Assembly (NCBI GenBank): GCA_965261595.1
Contig: CBDHDG010000005.1
Location: forward strand, 384,001 to 448,000
DNA: 64,000 bases
Reading direction: 5' to 3'
DNA from: a bacterium
Lineage (GTDB): Bacteria; UBA8248; JACPRG01; G963555815
Shown: piece after piece, positions 1 to 10,916 of the stretch
Layout: each line of letters opens with the position of its first letter
Position numbering within the stretch: the stretch's first letter is position 1
Position numbers and translations under genes: made by a program
Notes under the pieces: model-generated
What the model saw: only the letters and a program-made list of their open reading frames with translations
What the model was told of the DNA's origin: nothing
The model's database searches: none

Positions 1-1803
1 CCGGTGGCCGTAGAGGGTTTCGTGCCGGTCATGAAACGCCGCCGCCAGCGAGTCGAGCGCGCCGGGATCGTCGATGTTCGCGATAACGACCGGGATGTCC
101 CAGTTCTGACCCCGGTAGCGCAGGTCGGCCCGGAATTCGATCCGGATTTGCTCTGCGGGAACGCCGGTCCCGGCGACTTCCTCCTCGGCGAGGCCGCGTA
201 ACCGCCCGAACGCCTCCTTCAGGTCCCGGGGGGACGTTTTCTCCAGCTCCCCGATGAAGGTCTGGACGTAGTCCCGTCGAAGGTCGGCGTGGAGGAGGCC
301 GAGGGCGCTGAAGACGGCGGCGTCCCGGGGAACGAAGACGCGCTCGATCCCGAGGGCCTCGGCCAGCGCGCCGGCGTGAAGCGGTCCGGCGCCGCCGGCG
401 GCGATGAGGGTGAACTCGCGCGGGTCCCGTCCCTTTTGGACGCTGATCATCTCGATGGCGTCGATCATGTTCTGCGTGGCGATCCGGACGATTGAGAGCG
501 AGGCCTCCGCCGCCGGGAGGCCCAGGGGCTCGGCGATTCTCCGGCGGACGGCGTCCTCCGCCGCCGCCCGGTCCAGCGTGATTTTCTCCCCCAGCACGTC
601 CCCGTCCCCCAGCCGGCCCAGGACGAGGTGGGCGTCCGTCACCGTCGGCGACCGGCCCCCCCGCCCGTAGCAGGCCGGTCCGGGGTCCGCCCCGGCCCCG
701 TGCGGTCCGACCCGCAGCATCCCGCCCGCGTCCACAAAGGCGATGGTCCCTCCGCCCGTTCCGATCGTCGAGATCTCCAGGGACGGGGCGGCGAGGTGAT
801 ACCCTTCGATTTCCAGGCCGTCGAAGAGGGAGACCTGTCCGTCCGCGACGACCGTGATGTCGCAGCTTGTGCCTCCCATGTCGAAGACGATGAGGTTGGC
901 CGCCTCGCCGCGCCCTCCCCCTCCCCCCTCTTCCCCCCCCAGGGCCTCTCCGGCCTGAAGGGCCGCCGCCGCGACCGCCGCCGGTCCGGACAGGATGAGC
1001 TGTCCCGGCTGTGAGACGCTGCGTTTGATGTCGGTGACCCCGCCGTTGCCCTGCATGATGAGGGGCGGAACGCGCAGCCCTCCGGCCCGCAGCTCGGAAT
1101 CCAACCCTTCGAGATATGATCCCGCGCCCGGGGCGACGTAGGCGTTGATGACGGTCGTCGAGACCCGCTCATACTCCCCCATGACGGGGAGGACCTCCGA
1201 GGAGATCATGACGGGGATCCCCGGCATTCGGGCGAGCGCCCGCGCCTTGATCGCCCGCTCGTGCTTGCCGTTCGCGTATCCGTTGAACAGGCAGACGGCA
1301 ATGGCCTCGACGCCTTCGCCCTCCAGCGCGTCCAGGGCCTCGGCCGCGCTCTCCCCGTCCAGGGGGACGAGGGGCTCGCCGAAGCAATCCATCCGCTCGC
1401 GGACCCCGCGCCGGAGATGGCGCAGGACGAGGCTCGGCGGGGAGGGCGTCTTCATGTCCCAGATAGAGGCCCGGATCCCCCGGCGCAGCGCCAGGGTGTC
1501 CCGGAACCCCTCCGTCGTGATAAGGCCCACTTTTGCGCCCGCGCGCTGGACCATCAGGTTGGTGCACACGGTGGTCCCGTGGACGAACGACGAGGCGTTC
1601 GCCAGGAGGCCGGGCAGGTCTCCTCCGAGCCGGGCCGCGGCCTGGGAAAGCCCGTGGAAGATTCCTTCCAGCGGGTTATGGGGTGTCGTGGGGGTCTTGA
1701 GGGACAGGATCTTCCCCCCCCCCTCCCCCCCGCCCTCGGGCGCCACGACGACATCGGTGAATGTCCCGCCGACGTCCACGCCGATCCGCACGGATTCGGT
1801 CAA
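1..1803 (-). CDS. Hydantoinase/oxoprolinase family A subunit (N-methylhydantoinase A-like); 3' end runs off the window
   Basis: Translated manually, absent from the ORF track. TTG start at 1803 after AGGAG; MTESVRIGVDVGGTFTD, FVHGTTVCTN, TTEGFRD, EYERVSTTVINAYV, SGPAAVA, DMGGTSCD motifs. Confidence 0.88.
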   Translation of the reverse strand, partial: MTESVRIGVDVGGTFTDVVVAPEGGGEGGGKILSLKTPTTPHNPLEGIFHGLSQAAARLGGDLPGLLANASSFVHGTTVCTNLMVQRAGAKVGLITTEGFRDTLALRRGIRASIWDMKTPSPPSLVLRHLRRGVRERMDCFGEPLVPLDGESAAEALDALEGEGVEAIAVCLFNGYANGKHERAIKARALARMPGIPVMISSEVLPVMGEYERVSTTVINAYVAPGAGSYLEGLDSELRAGGLRVPPLIMQGNGGVTDIKRSVSQPGQLILSGPAAVAAAALQAGEALGGEEGGGGGRGEAANLIVFDMGGTSCDITVVADGQVSLFDGLEIEGYHLAAPSLEISTIGTGGGTIAFVDAGGMLRVGPHGAGADPGPACYGRGGRSPTVTDAHLVLGRLGDGDVLGEKITLDRAAAEDAVRRRIAEPLGLPAAEASLSIVRIATQNMIDAIEMISVQKGRDPREFTLIAAGGAGPLHAGALAEALGIERVFVPRDAAVFSALGLLHADLRRDYVQTFIGELEKTSPRDLKEAFGRLRGLAEEEVAGTGVPAEQIRIEFRADLRYRGQNWDIPVVIANIDDPGALDSLAAAFHDRHETLYGHR

Positions 1804-1978
1804 AGGATGCTCCTTTCCACTTCCCGGACCTGGACGGTGGACCATCCATCGCGGCATAGCTTAAACTATGCGCGCGGAAATCGAAAAACCCCGATGGCCC
1901 GAACCCACCCCGCGATTCCGGGCCGAGCCCCGGGTGATCGACGTTTATGGAGGAGGATGTCAACTGTCGCCGTTGCTT

Positions 1979-2977
1979 ATGGGGATCGGTGTTTTTCCCA
2001 CGGAAAGCAAACACTCCGCCGGAAAAGTCGTCGAGGCCGTCGAAGAGGCGGAACGGGCCGGGTTTGATCGGGCGTGGCTCGTGGATTCGCAGGGGCTGTT
2101 TCCGGAGCTGTACGTCACCCTCACCCAGTGCGTCGCGCGGACGAAGCGCATTCACCTGGGCACGGGCGTCACGAACCCGCTCACTCGTCACCTCTCCGTC
2201 ACGGCCCGGGCCATCGCCACGCTGGATGAGTTCGGGCGGGGGCGCGTCCGCCTGGGCCTGGGGGCCGGGGACACCTCGATGAAGTACATGAGGCGCCCGC
2301 CGCTTCGGCCCGATGAGTGCGAGGAGGCGGTTCGCTGTCTCCGGTCTTTGTTGGCCGGCCGGGAAGGGACCTTCCGGGGGGAGACCATTCACCCGTTCGA
2401 TCATTATGAACCCCGGGACATCCCCATCCACTTGGCGGCCAACGGCCCCCGGATGTTGCGGACGGCCGGCAGGTGCGCGGACGGCGTCATCGTCTCCGTG
2501 GGCGCCGATCCCGCAATCATTCAGTACGTCTTCGATTCGGTGAGGGAAGGGGCCGAGAGTGTGGGCCGCGATCCGGCCGAGATCCCTGTCTCCCTCCACG
2601 TCGGCTGCGACGTCTCCGAGGATCGGGAACAGGCGCGGGAGAACGTCAAGACCTATGTGGCGCGGCGGCTGATCGCCCCGCTGCCGCGTTCGCTGACGGG
2701 ATTCACGAAGGCGGAGCAGGAAAAGTTCAGAGAAGGTTACTCCCTGGCGGGTCATCTCCAGGTGGATTCATCCCATGCCCGGTGGGTGCGGGAGGAATGG
2801 ATCGACCGTTTCTCCCTGGCGGGGACGCCGGAGGAGTGTCTGGAGAAGGTGCGGATGTTCGAGGCGTTGGGGGTGAGCGAGTTGTTCCTTTTGCCCACCA
2901 CGTCCAGCTCGGTCGGGCTCATCCGGACCTTCGCCGACTCCATCCTGCCGAAGCTGCGAGCGTCCGCCATCGGCTGA
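1979..2977 (+). CDS. LLM-class flavin/F420-dependent oxidoreductase (Mer-like)
   Basis: AERAGFDRAW, IHLGTGVTNP..RH, GRVRLGLGAGD, IHLAANGPRML motifs. Start uncertain (ORF is open from 1868). Confidence 0.85.
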   Translation: MGIGVFPTESKHSAGKVVEAVEEAERAGFDRAWLVDSQGLFPELYVTLTQCVARTKRIHLGTGVTNPLTRHLSVTARAIATLDEFGRGRVRLGLGAGDTSMKYMRRPPLRPDECEEAVRCLRSLLAGREGTFRGETIHPFDHYEPRDIPIHLAANGPRMLRTAGRCADGVIVSVGADPAIIQYVFDSVREGAESVGRDPAEIPVSLHVGCDVSEDREQARENVKTYVARRLIAPLPRSLTGFTKAEQEKFREGYSLAGHLQVDSSHARWVREEWIDRFSLAGTPEECLEKVRMFEALGVSELFLLPTTSSSVGLIRTFADSILPKLRASAIG

Positions 2978-3034
2978 GCGGCGGCTTCCTTCCTCCGGGA
3001 GGGCCGGTTCGGCCGCAACGGAGAGGATTTCACC

Positions 3035-5155
3035 ATGTCCGATCTTCAGCCGCTTCTGGCGCCGCGTTCCATCGCGGTGGTCGGGGCCAGCGATCAGCCC
3101 GGCACGGGCAAGGCCGTTCTGGCCAATTTGCGCGTGTGCGGGTTCGGCGGAGAGCTGGTCCCCGTGAACCCCAAGTACGAGACCGTGGACGGTCTGCCCT
3201 GCGTCCCGGACCTTTCGCGCCTGCCTCATCCGGTGGACCTGGCCATCATCGCCATCCCGGCGGCGCACATCGCGCGGGCCCTGGGGAGCGTTGCCCCCGG
3301 CGCCGTCCGGGCGGCCGTCATCCTTTCCGCCGGGTTCGGTGAAACGGGCGCGCGCGGCAAGGCGCTCGAAGCGGACGTCCTGGCTGCCGCGCGGGACCGG
3401 GGGATCCGGTTCTGCGGTCCAAACTGTCTGGGGTTCATCAACGTCCACGGCAGGGTGGCGGCCTACAGCGCGTCCCTTCGCCAGCGGCCCCGTCCGGGCG
3501 GGATCGGGATCGTCGCCCAGAGCGGCACCGTATGCATCGGGTTGGTCAACGCCCGGGCCGACCTGGGTTTCAGCCACATCCTGTCCACCGGGAACGAGGC
3601 GGACCTGACCTCCGACGAATGCATCCGGTTCCTGGTGGAAGACTCCCGCACCGAGTGCATCGGCCTCTTCCTCGAAGGCGTCCGGTCGGCCGAAGGCTTC
3701 CTGAGCGCCCTGGACCTGGCGGAGGAGGCGGGCAAGCCCGTCGTTGTGCTCAAGGCCGGCCGCTCGGACACCGGCCGGCGCGCGACCCTCGCGCACACCG
3801 GCTCGCTGTCCGGCTCGGATCGGGTGTTCCGCGGTCTCTTCCGGCAGAAGGGGGTCATCCAGGTTTCCGATATGGACGAGCAGCTCGCGACCCTGGGTAT
3901 GCTCTCCGGAGGCCGCCGGCCCGCCGGAGGGGGGATCGGGGTCACGACGGTCTCCGGCGGGCAGTGCGCCCTGATCTGCGACACGGCGGAGGATATCGGC
4001 CTGGAGCTGCCGGACCTCGCGCCGAAGACGAGCGAACGCCTGGCCGCCGTCCTGCCGGAGTTCGCGGCCAACGCGAATCCGCTGGACACGACCGGGGTGG
4101 GGGTCGTCCGGCACGACCTCTACGAGGAATGTCTGCGGGCCCTCGCGGATGATCCGGGCGTCCACTGCGTCGCCGCCCTTCAGGACATCCCCGCCGGTAT
4201 GGGTCCTTCATCCCGGAAGAATTACCACGAGAATTGCATGTGCCTGGTGAAGGTCGCCCGGTCGACCGATAAGCCGGTCGCGCTGTTCACCCAGTTTGGC
4301 GGCGCGATGGACCCGGAGATGGAAGAGACCCTGCGGGAAGGCGGCGTCCCGCTCTTGCAGGGGCTGATCCCCGGCCTGCGGGCCATCCGGAATTCGGTTC
4401 GGTGGGCCGAGAGGATGCGGACCGGCCGGCCGGGGCCGGCTGAGCCGCGGGGAGATCCGGACGAAGCGGTGGCCGAGAAGCTCCGGGGGGCGAACGGCCC
4501 CCTGTCCGAGCGGGAGAGCAAAGAGGTCCTGGCCCGCTGCGGCGTCGCCGTGACGCGGGAGACCCTCGCGAAGTCCGAGGCCGAGGCCCTGGAAGCGGCC
4601 GAATCGCTGGGCTACCCCGTGGTGCTGAAGGTGGACTCCCCCGATCTGCCGCACAAGACCGAGGCCGGCGCGGTCCGCCTCGGGCTGGATTCCCCCGGCG
4701 GCGTCCGCTCGGCCTACCGCGAGGTTCTCGATTCCGCCCTCCGCTACCGGCCCGACGCCCGGATCAACGGGGTTCTTGTTGCCGAGCAGGCGGCGCCGGG
4801 CGTGGAGATGATCATCGGTCTGTCCACGGACCCCCAGTTCGGAAAGACCATCCTCGCCGGGATGGGCGGGATTCTGGCGGAGGTTCTGGAGGACGCGTCC
4901 GTCCGGTTGGTTCCGATCACCCGGCGGGACGCGGAGGAGATGCTCGACGAGCTCCGGGCCTCGAAGATCCTGAAGGGCGTCCGCGGACGCGGACCCTCGG
5001 ACCGTGAGGCGGTCATCGGGGCGCTGCTGGCGCTTTCGGAGTTCGGACAGCGCTACGGAGACCTTATCGAGGAGGTGGACATCAACCCGTTGATCGTCGG
5101 ACCGGAGGGCTCAGGGGTCCGGGCCGCCGACGCCCTTGTCGTTCCCCGCGCCTGA
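3035..5155 (+). CDS. ADP-forming acyl-CoA synthetase (acetate--CoA ligase family, fused alpha/beta)
   Basis: PRSIAVVGAS, GPNCLG, SQSG-like AQSG, STGNEAD, phospho-His motif AHTGSL, NPLD, ATP-grasp PHKTEAG and EVDINP. Confidence 0.92.
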   Translation: MSDLQPLLAPRSIAVVGASDQPGTGKAVLANLRVCGFGGELVPVNPKYETVDGLPCVPDLSRLPHPVDLAIIAIPAAHIARALGSVAPGAVRAAVILSAGFGETGARGKALEADVLAAARDRGIRFCGPNCLGFINVHGRVAAYSASLRQRPRPGGIGIVAQSGTVCIGLVNARADLGFSHILSTGNEADLTSDECIRFLVEDSRTECIGLFLEGVRSAEGFLSALDLAEEAGKPVVVLKAGRSDTGRRATLAHTGSLSGSDRVFRGLFRQKGVIQVSDMDEQLATLGMLSGGRRPAGGGIGVTTVSGGQCALICDTAEDIGLELPDLAPKTSERLAAVLPEFAANANPLDTTGVGVVRHDLYEECLRALADDPGVHCVAALQDIPAGMGPSSRKNYHENCMCLVKVARSTDKPVALFTQFGGAMDPEMEETLREGGVPLLQGLIPGLRAIRNSVRWAERMRTGRPGPAEPRGDPDEAVAEKLRGANGPLSERESKEVLARCGVAVTRETLAKSEAEALEAAESLGYPVVLKVDSPDLPHKTEAGAVRLGLDSPGGVRSAYREVLDSALRYRPDARINGVLVAEQAAPGVEMIIGLSTDPQFGKTILAGMGGILAEVLEDASVRLVPITRRDAEEMLDELRASKILKGVRGRGPSDREAVIGALLALSEFGQRYGDLIEEVDINPLIVGPEGSGVRAADALVVPRA

Positions 5156-5261
5156 CGCGGATTTCTCACCCGTCCATCGGGGCAGGGGTTGGGCGGGGGG
5201 GGGAGGGGGGGGCTCGATGTCCAATCGCGACGAGTCCCGGGGCCGGGTATGGCCGCTTGAT

Positions 5262-6092
5262 CTATGGGGCGGACTTGAAGGGGCCGTCGCGTTTTTCGAG
5301 GAACTTCTTCAACCCGTGCTTCCGTCCGTACCGGGCCCATTCCAAGCTCTCTTCCGTGGCGTGGATGATGCTTGCCGTCTCGACGTTGTAGGCCAGGGCC
5401 TGCCGGAGCCCCATCATGTCGTACGTGCGGTGGATGGACTCTTTGTTGATCCGAAGCGCCTTGGGCGGCACGAGGGCGAGGCGGTTCGCCAGCTTCAGCG
5501 CTTCGTCCTGTAGGGAGTCGTGCGGGACGACCCGGTTGACCAGCCCCAGGCGGTGGGCCTCTTGGGCGTCGATCAGGTCTCCCATGTAAAGAATCTCCTT
5601 CGCGTTTTTCAGTCCGGTGAGCCAGGGCAGGATGAGGGTGGGGGGCGCCGAAGAATGGCGGATCTCCGGCTCGCCGAACTTTGCGCGGTCGGAGGCGACG
5701 GTGAGGTCGCACACCATGCTGAGGTCCATCCCGCCTCCCACGGCGTACCCGTTCACCGCCGCGATGACGGGCTTTACGCAGTCCCAGACCTTCATGACGT
5801 TGTTGAAATCATCCTTCATCTTCTCCCGCCATTCATCCACCGTTGCCAGGGTCTTCTTCTTTGAATCCTCGGTGTCATAATTCACCGAGATGTCGTAACC
5901 CGCGGAGAACGCCCGGCCCGCCCCGGTGAGGATGACGGCCCGGACGTCTTCGTCGGCCACGGCTTCATCGAGCGCGGTTTCCATCTCCCGTTTGAGGTCG
6001 AAATTCAGGGCGTTGAGAACCTCGGGGCGGTTCAGCGTGATGCGAACGACGGCGTCAAGCTTCTCGTAAATCAGCAGATTGTAGGACATCAT
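5262..6092 (-). CDS. Enoyl-CoA hydratase/isomerase family protein
   Basis: ITLNRPEVLNAL, AFSAGYD, KPVIAAVNGYAVGGG, FGEPE. Confidence 0.92.
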   Translation of the reverse strand: MMSYNLLIYEKLDAVVRITLNRPEVLNALNFDLKREMETALDEAVADEDVRAVILTGAGRAFSAGYDISVNYDTEDSKKKTLATVDEWREKMKDDFNNVMKVWDCVKPVIAAVNGYAVGGGMDLSMVCDLTVASDRAKFGEPEIRHSSAPPTLILPWLTGLKNAKEILYMGDLIDAQEAHRLGLVNRVVPHDSLQDEALKLANRLALVPPKALRINKESIHRTYDMMGLRQALAYNVETASIIHATEESLEWARYGRKHGLKKFLEKRDGPFKSAP

Positions 6093-6345
6093 TTTCCCCC
6101 GGATGTTCTTGAGCAGGGCGTCCCGATGGAGGATCCGGGTCGGGCGCGTTGCGCTCTCGTGTCATTATGCGCATGGGCGTTTGGCCGTCAACGGCGTCCC
6201 GGGGCGGAGCGCTTCCCCCGTTGAGGATCGCGGCTTCGGGCCGGCCGGTACCAAGCTATAATGCCTCCGAAGTCCGCGAAGGGGGATGGTTGATTCATGC
6301 CGGTTTCAGGATGAAGACCGGCTTCACCGAGAGGAGGCGCGGACC

Positions 6346-8649
6346 ATGTCCGTTTCCGAACAGACGCAGGCCTCGGCCGGGATGAGCCTCATCGGCCGTC
6401 CCGTGCCCGCGGCGGGCTCCCCGGACAAGGTGAGCGGCGCCGCCGCCTACGTGGGGGACCTCCGTTTTCCCCGGATGCTGCACGCCAAGGTTCTCAGAAG
6501 CGGCGTTCCCCACGCCCGGATCGTCGAGATCGATGTCTCGAAGGCCCTCCGCCTGCCGGGTGTCAAGGCGGTCATCACCGGAAAGGACCTCCCGGACATT
6601 CTGTGGGGGGAGATCGTCAAAGACCAGCGCACGCTTCCCACGGACAAGATCCGTTTCGCCGGGGAAGACCTCGCGGCGGTGGCCGCCGTGGACGAAGCCA
6701 CCGCCCTCGACGCCCTGGAGCTGATCCGCGTGGAGGTCGAGGAGCTTCCCCCCGTTCTGGGCATCGAGGAAGCCATGGCGGAGGGCGCGCCTGTCGTCCA
6801 CGACGGGGTCCCGGACAACGTGGTGAAGCGGTTCACCATCACCCGGGGGGACCTGGAGGCGGGGTTTCAGCGGGCCGACGTGATCCTGGAGGAGACCTAC
6901 CGCACCCAGCGGCACCACCAAAGCTACATGGAGCCCTTCGGGGCTGTTGTGGAAGTGGATAACTCCGGCCGCCTGACGCTTCACGCGGGCGTCCAGGGGA
7001 TCTTCCATTCCCGGGATCACGTGGCGTGCGCCCTGGGGATCTCCCCGAGCCGGGTTCGGGTCATCCAGTCCTGGGTGGGCGGCGCCTTCGGGGGGAAGCA
7101 GACCTTCCGGCCGCTGCCGATCCTGGCCGCCGCGCTCGCGCGGAAGACGGGCTGCCCGGTCCGTCTGCTGAACAGCCGGCAGGACGAATTCCTGGGAGGA
7201 AGCCCGCGCCTGCCCGTAAAGATCCACCTCCGGATGGGGGTCCGGAAGGACGGGACCCTCACGGCCAAGCACGGCCGGGTCATCGGGGACGCCGGCGCCT
7301 TCGCCACCATCTCGCCCGCCATCCTCCACACGGCGACGATGCGGATGGACAACCTGTACCGCATCGAGAACCTCGTGAACGAAGCGACCCTGGTGTACAC
7401 CAACCACGTCCCGTGCGGACCGTTTCGCGGGTTCGGGACCGTCCAGGGGGCCTTCGCGATGGAGAGCCTTCTGGACGCCCTGGCCGAGGCCGTCGACATG
7501 GACCCGGCCGATCTCCGGCGCGGGAATTTCGTCCGGACCGGCGACACCACGGTCCACGGCTGGCATCTCGGGAGCTGCGGGATCCAGGACTGTCTGGACA
7601 CCGCCGTGAAGGCCAGCGGATGGGAGGATCGAAACGGCCGGGACGGCGGGGGCCGGTTCCGCCGGGGACTCGGTCTCTCGGCCGCGACGCACGTGAGCGG
7701 AAACCGCCACTACGGCGACCTCGACGCCTCCACGTGCATCCTGAAGTTCAACCAGGACGGCAAGGTCAACCTCATCAACGGCGAAGGGGAGCTCGGGCAA
7801 GGCGCGGCCACGGTGCTCTCCATTTGCGCGGCGGAAGAGCTGGGCCTCCGCCCCGAGGACGTGACCGTGGCCCAAGCCGACACCGACACGTCGCCTTTCG
7901 CCATCGGCGGTTACGCGAGCCGCGTGACCATGATCGCCGGCAACGCCGCGCGCCTGGCGGCCCTCGACGCCCGGCGGCAGATTTTCAGTCGGGCGGCCGA
8001 GATGCTGGAAGCGCCTCCGGACCAGCTGGCGCTTGCGGACGGTTTCGTCTTCGTGGAGGGCGCGCCCGCCCGGCGGCTTTCGCTCTCCGAGGTGGCCCAC
8101 GGCGAGCTCTTCCGGCGCGGGGGGCGGACGATCATCGGCGTGGGTGAATACGACGCGCCCACGCGGATGTACGACGGCGAGACGCGCTACGGGAACATCG
8201 CGCCCGGGTACGAGTTCACCGTCCAGGTGGCCGAGGTCGAGGTGGATACGGAGACGGGGGCTGTCCGCGTCGTGCGGGTGGTCGCGACCGACGACGCCGG
8301 CCGCATCATCAATCCGCTGACGGCGGAAGGGCAGGTTCAGGGCGGAATCGTCATGGGCCTGGGGATGACGCTCACCGAAACCATGAAGTACGAGGGCGGC
8401 GCCCTGTTGAACGGCAGCTTCGCCGACTATAACCTGCCCCGGGCGGATTCCGTCCCGCCCATCGAGTCGCACCTGATCGAGACGTCCGAGCCCAACGGGC
8501 CCTACGGCGCCAAGGGGGTCAGCGAATCGTGCATCGATCCGGTCCCGTCGGCGATCACCAACGCGATCTATGACGCCGTCGGAGTCCGGGTCACCGAGCT
8601 TCCGGTCTCTGCCGAGAAGGTCTTGCGGGCGCTGCGGGAGAGAGGATGA
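6346..8649 (+). CDS. Xanthine dehydrogenase family molybdopterin-binding large subunit (stand-alone)
   Basis: GAGGAGG RBS before ATG 6346; RSGVPHARI, GGAFGGK, FRGFG, GQG, ASR, EGQVQGG, KGVSE. Confidence 0.93.
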   Translation: MSVSEQTQASAGMSLIGRPVPAAGSPDKVSGAAAYVGDLRFPRMLHAKVLRSGVPHARIVEIDVSKALRLPGVKAVITGKDLPDILWGEIVKDQRTLPTDKIRFAGEDLAAVAAVDEATALDALELIRVEVEELPPVLGIEEAMAEGAPVVHDGVPDNVVKRFTITRGDLEAGFQRADVILEETYRTQRHHQSYMEPFGAVVEVDNSGRLTLHAGVQGIFHSRDHVACALGISPSRVRVIQSWVGGAFGGKQTFRPLPILAAALARKTGCPVRLLNSRQDEFLGGSPRLPVKIHLRMGVRKDGTLTAKHGRVIGDAGAFATISPAILHTATMRMDNLYRIENLVNEATLVYTNHVPCGPFRGFGTVQGAFAMESLLDALAEAVDMDPADLRRGNFVRTGDTTVHGWHLGSCGIQDCLDTAVKASGWEDRNGRDGGGRFRRGLGLSAATHVSGNRHYGDLDASTCILKFNQDGKVNLINGEGELGQGAATVLSICAAEELGLRPEDVTVAQADTDTSPFAIGGYASRVTMIAGNAARLAALDARRQIFSRAAEMLEAPPDQLALADGFVFVEGAPARRLSLSEVAHGELFRRGGRTIIGVGEYDAPTRMYDGETRYGNIAPGYEFTVQVAEVEVDTETGAVRVVRVVATDDAGRIINPLTAEGQVQGGIVMGLGMTLTETMKYEGGALLNGSFADYNLPRADSVPPIESHLIETSEPNGPYGAKGVSESCIDPVPSAITNAIYDAVGVRVTELPVSAEKVLRALRERG

Positions 8650-8701
8650 GCGGGGAGGGGGGGTAGGGAAGGGGCGGCCGCGACGGTCCTCCCCCTCCCC
8701 C

Positions 8702-9454
8702 TCAGTGCGCCAGGTAACCGCCGTCGGCGACCAGGTTGTGGCCGGTGACGTAGCTCGAGGCGTCTCCGGCGAGGAACAGGCAGACCTCGGCGATCTCCTC
8801 CGGCCGGCCCATGCGGCCCATGGGGACGTCCGCCAGGAGGTTTTCGAGTCTCTGGGGGTCCTCCTGGAACCCGCGATTGATCCCGGGCGTGTCGGTCGGG
8901 CCGGGGGCGACGGAGTTGACGCGGATGTTCCGGTCGGCCAGCTCGAAGGCCAGGGCGCGGGTCATGTTGACCACGGCCCCCTTGGACGTGCAGTAGGGCG
9001 AGTACTCGGGGATGACCACGAAGCCGAGCTGCGAGGAGATGTGGATGACGCTGCCGCCTCCCCGCTCGATCATGTGCGGAACGACCTTTTGCGTGAGAAA
9101 ATAATAGCTGGTGACGTTGACTTCCAGGACCCGCCGGAACTCCTCGATCGTGATGTCCAGGAACTTTCCCCGAACCCGGTGGACGATGGTGTTCACGAGG
9201 ATGTCGATGCCGCCGAAGGCCCGGGCCGTCTCGGCGACGAGCGCGTCCATGACGCCGGGGTCCGCCGCGTCCCTCTCCAGGACGAGGGATTTTGCGCCCG
9301 TCTCGCCGCACGCGGCTTCGGCCTCGGCCAGCCCCGCGGCGTTCATGTCCACCAGCGCGACGTTGGCGCCCTCCCGGGCGAAGCGAACGGCCGTGGCCCG
9401 GCCGATTCCCGACGCGGCCCCGGTGACGATGGCGGTCTTGTCTTTCAGGATCAT
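8702..9454 (-). CDS. Short-chain dehydrogenase/reductase (SDR)
   Basis: TGAASGIG, YCTSK, IRVNSVAPG, ADGG. Confidence 0.93.
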   Translation of the reverse strand: MILKDKTAIVTGAASGIGRATAVRFAREGANVALVDMNAAGLAEAEAACGETGAKSLVLERDAADPGVMDALVAETARAFGGIDILVNTIVHRVRGKFLDITIEEFRRVLEVNVTSYYFLTQKVVPHMIERGGGSVIHISSQLGFVVIPEYSPYCTSKGAVVNMTRALAFELADRNIRVNSVAPGPTDTPGINRGFQEDPQRLENLLADVPMGRMGRPEEIAEVCLFLAGDASSYVTGHNLVADGGYLAH

Positions 9455-9588
9455 TTTTCCCCCTCAGGCTTGCGCGGCGTTGTCGCGAGGATCATGACGG
9501 CCGGTGGGTCTACCGGCCCTCATGTCCGCCCGGTTCGAAATCAACGGCGAATATGAAATCTCCGGCCGCGGCGCGTCCCGCCGGTCCA

Positions 9589-10629
9589 TCAGGCGTCCAC
9601 GCCGATCTCCCGGAGCATCCTCCGGTACGCCAGGGCGATGCCGTCCGGGCCTTTGACGTGCAGCTCCTCGGTCAGGTCGAGGGGCAGCTCCTCGGGCCGC
9701 TGGTTCTCGACGATCACATAATCCTGCTCGAAGATGAGGTCGTGAAGGTTGAACAGGTCCTTGACGGTCGAGTCGAGGACGCCGGCCCGGATCTCCTTGT
9801 CTTTGATGATGACCGGCCCGTGGGCGACGTCCGTCGCGTCCAGGTCGTAGTTGCGCGCGCCGAGCATGTATTCGGTCGTTTCGTTGGCCGAATGGGCCGT
9901 GTGCGCCGTGTAGAAGACCTTCGCCTTGCCCTCGGGCTCCTCCTTGCGCATGTGCAGGGTGAACGGGCGGTAGAGCCGGTAGCTCCGCCGGTGGACGAAC
10001 GGGGCGGTCTTGTCCGGGATGTTCTGGAACCAGAACCGCAGCATCTCGCCCTCGCGCTGGATGTGGACCTCCGGGGTGATGGGTTGGGCGCGGTCGCCGA
10101 GGAGGCCGTCGTGGATCCAGGCGAAGTGACCCAGGTCCACGAAGTTCTCCATCACCCGTGCGGCGCAGCCCTTCCAGCGTTTGCTCTGGATCATGAACAT
10201 CCGGTAATCGGGTTCTTCAAGCTCGGGAAAATCGGGGATGGGCGCGACCGGCTCGTCGGCCAGGCAGACCCAGACGAGGCCGTACTTCTCCTGTGCGGGG
10301 TAGGGCGTGAGGCGGGCCTTTTTTGGGATGGGATGCTCGGGCGGGATCGATGGGATCCGGACGCACCGGCCGTCCCCCCCGTAGGCCCAGCCGTGATAGG
10401 CGCACACCACCTTCTCACCCTCGACCCTTCCCAGGGAGATGGGGCAGCCGCGGTGGACGCAGAGGTCGTAAAACGCCTTGACCTCTCCCCCCAGCCGGCA
10501 AACGGCCAGACGCTCGTCCAGGAGCTGGACGGCCAGCGGCTTGTCGTCCGGCACGTCCGCCGACAGGGCGACGGGGTGCCAGTAGGCCCGCAGGAGGGGC
10601 CAGAGGTCGGTTTCCTTCGTTGCGCGCAT
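9589..10629 (-). CDS. Rieske non-heme iron oxygenase alpha subunit (VanA/NdmA demethylase-like)
   Basis: Rieske CVHRG...CAYHGW; iron site ENFVDLGHFAWIH and EQD..IVENQRP. Confidence 0.9.
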   Translation of the reverse strand: MRATKETDLWPLLRAYWHPVALSADVPDDKPLAVQLLDERLAVCRLGGEVKAFYDLCVHRGCPISLGRVEGEKVVCAYHGWAYGGDGRCVRIPSIPPEHPIPKKARLTPYPAQEKYGLVWVCLADEPVAPIPDFPELEEPDYRMFMIQSKRWKGCAARVMENFVDLGHFAWIHDGLLGDRAQPITPEVHIQREGEMLRFWFQNIPDKTAPFVHRRSYRLYRPFTLHMRKEEPEGKAKVFYTAHTAHSANETTEYMLGARNYDLDATDVAHGPVIIKDKEIRAGVLDSTVKDLFNLHDLIFEQDYVIVENQRPEELPLDLTEELHVKGPDGIALAYRRMLREIGVDA

Positions 10630-10916
10630 TTCGGGTTCCGGTTTAAACAGGGTGCGCTCAGGGGCCGGCGCCGGATCCCAATCATAACAGGATTCGCGGG
10701 TCCATCGGCGAAATCCTTGAGGTGGTTGACTGGTGTGGTGAGGCTTGGGTAAGGTTCAGTCCTGGATTGTCGACAGTCTGGACCCGCGGGGTCCCATACC
10801 CGGGGGGGTCCCAGACCCGCGAGGTCCGGTCACGTTGGGAACGGGCCGGCCCGGAGACTTGGAGCGAAATCCGGCGGTCTCCTGAAAAACCCGTCAAAAT
10901 TTTTCGAGGGAATCCA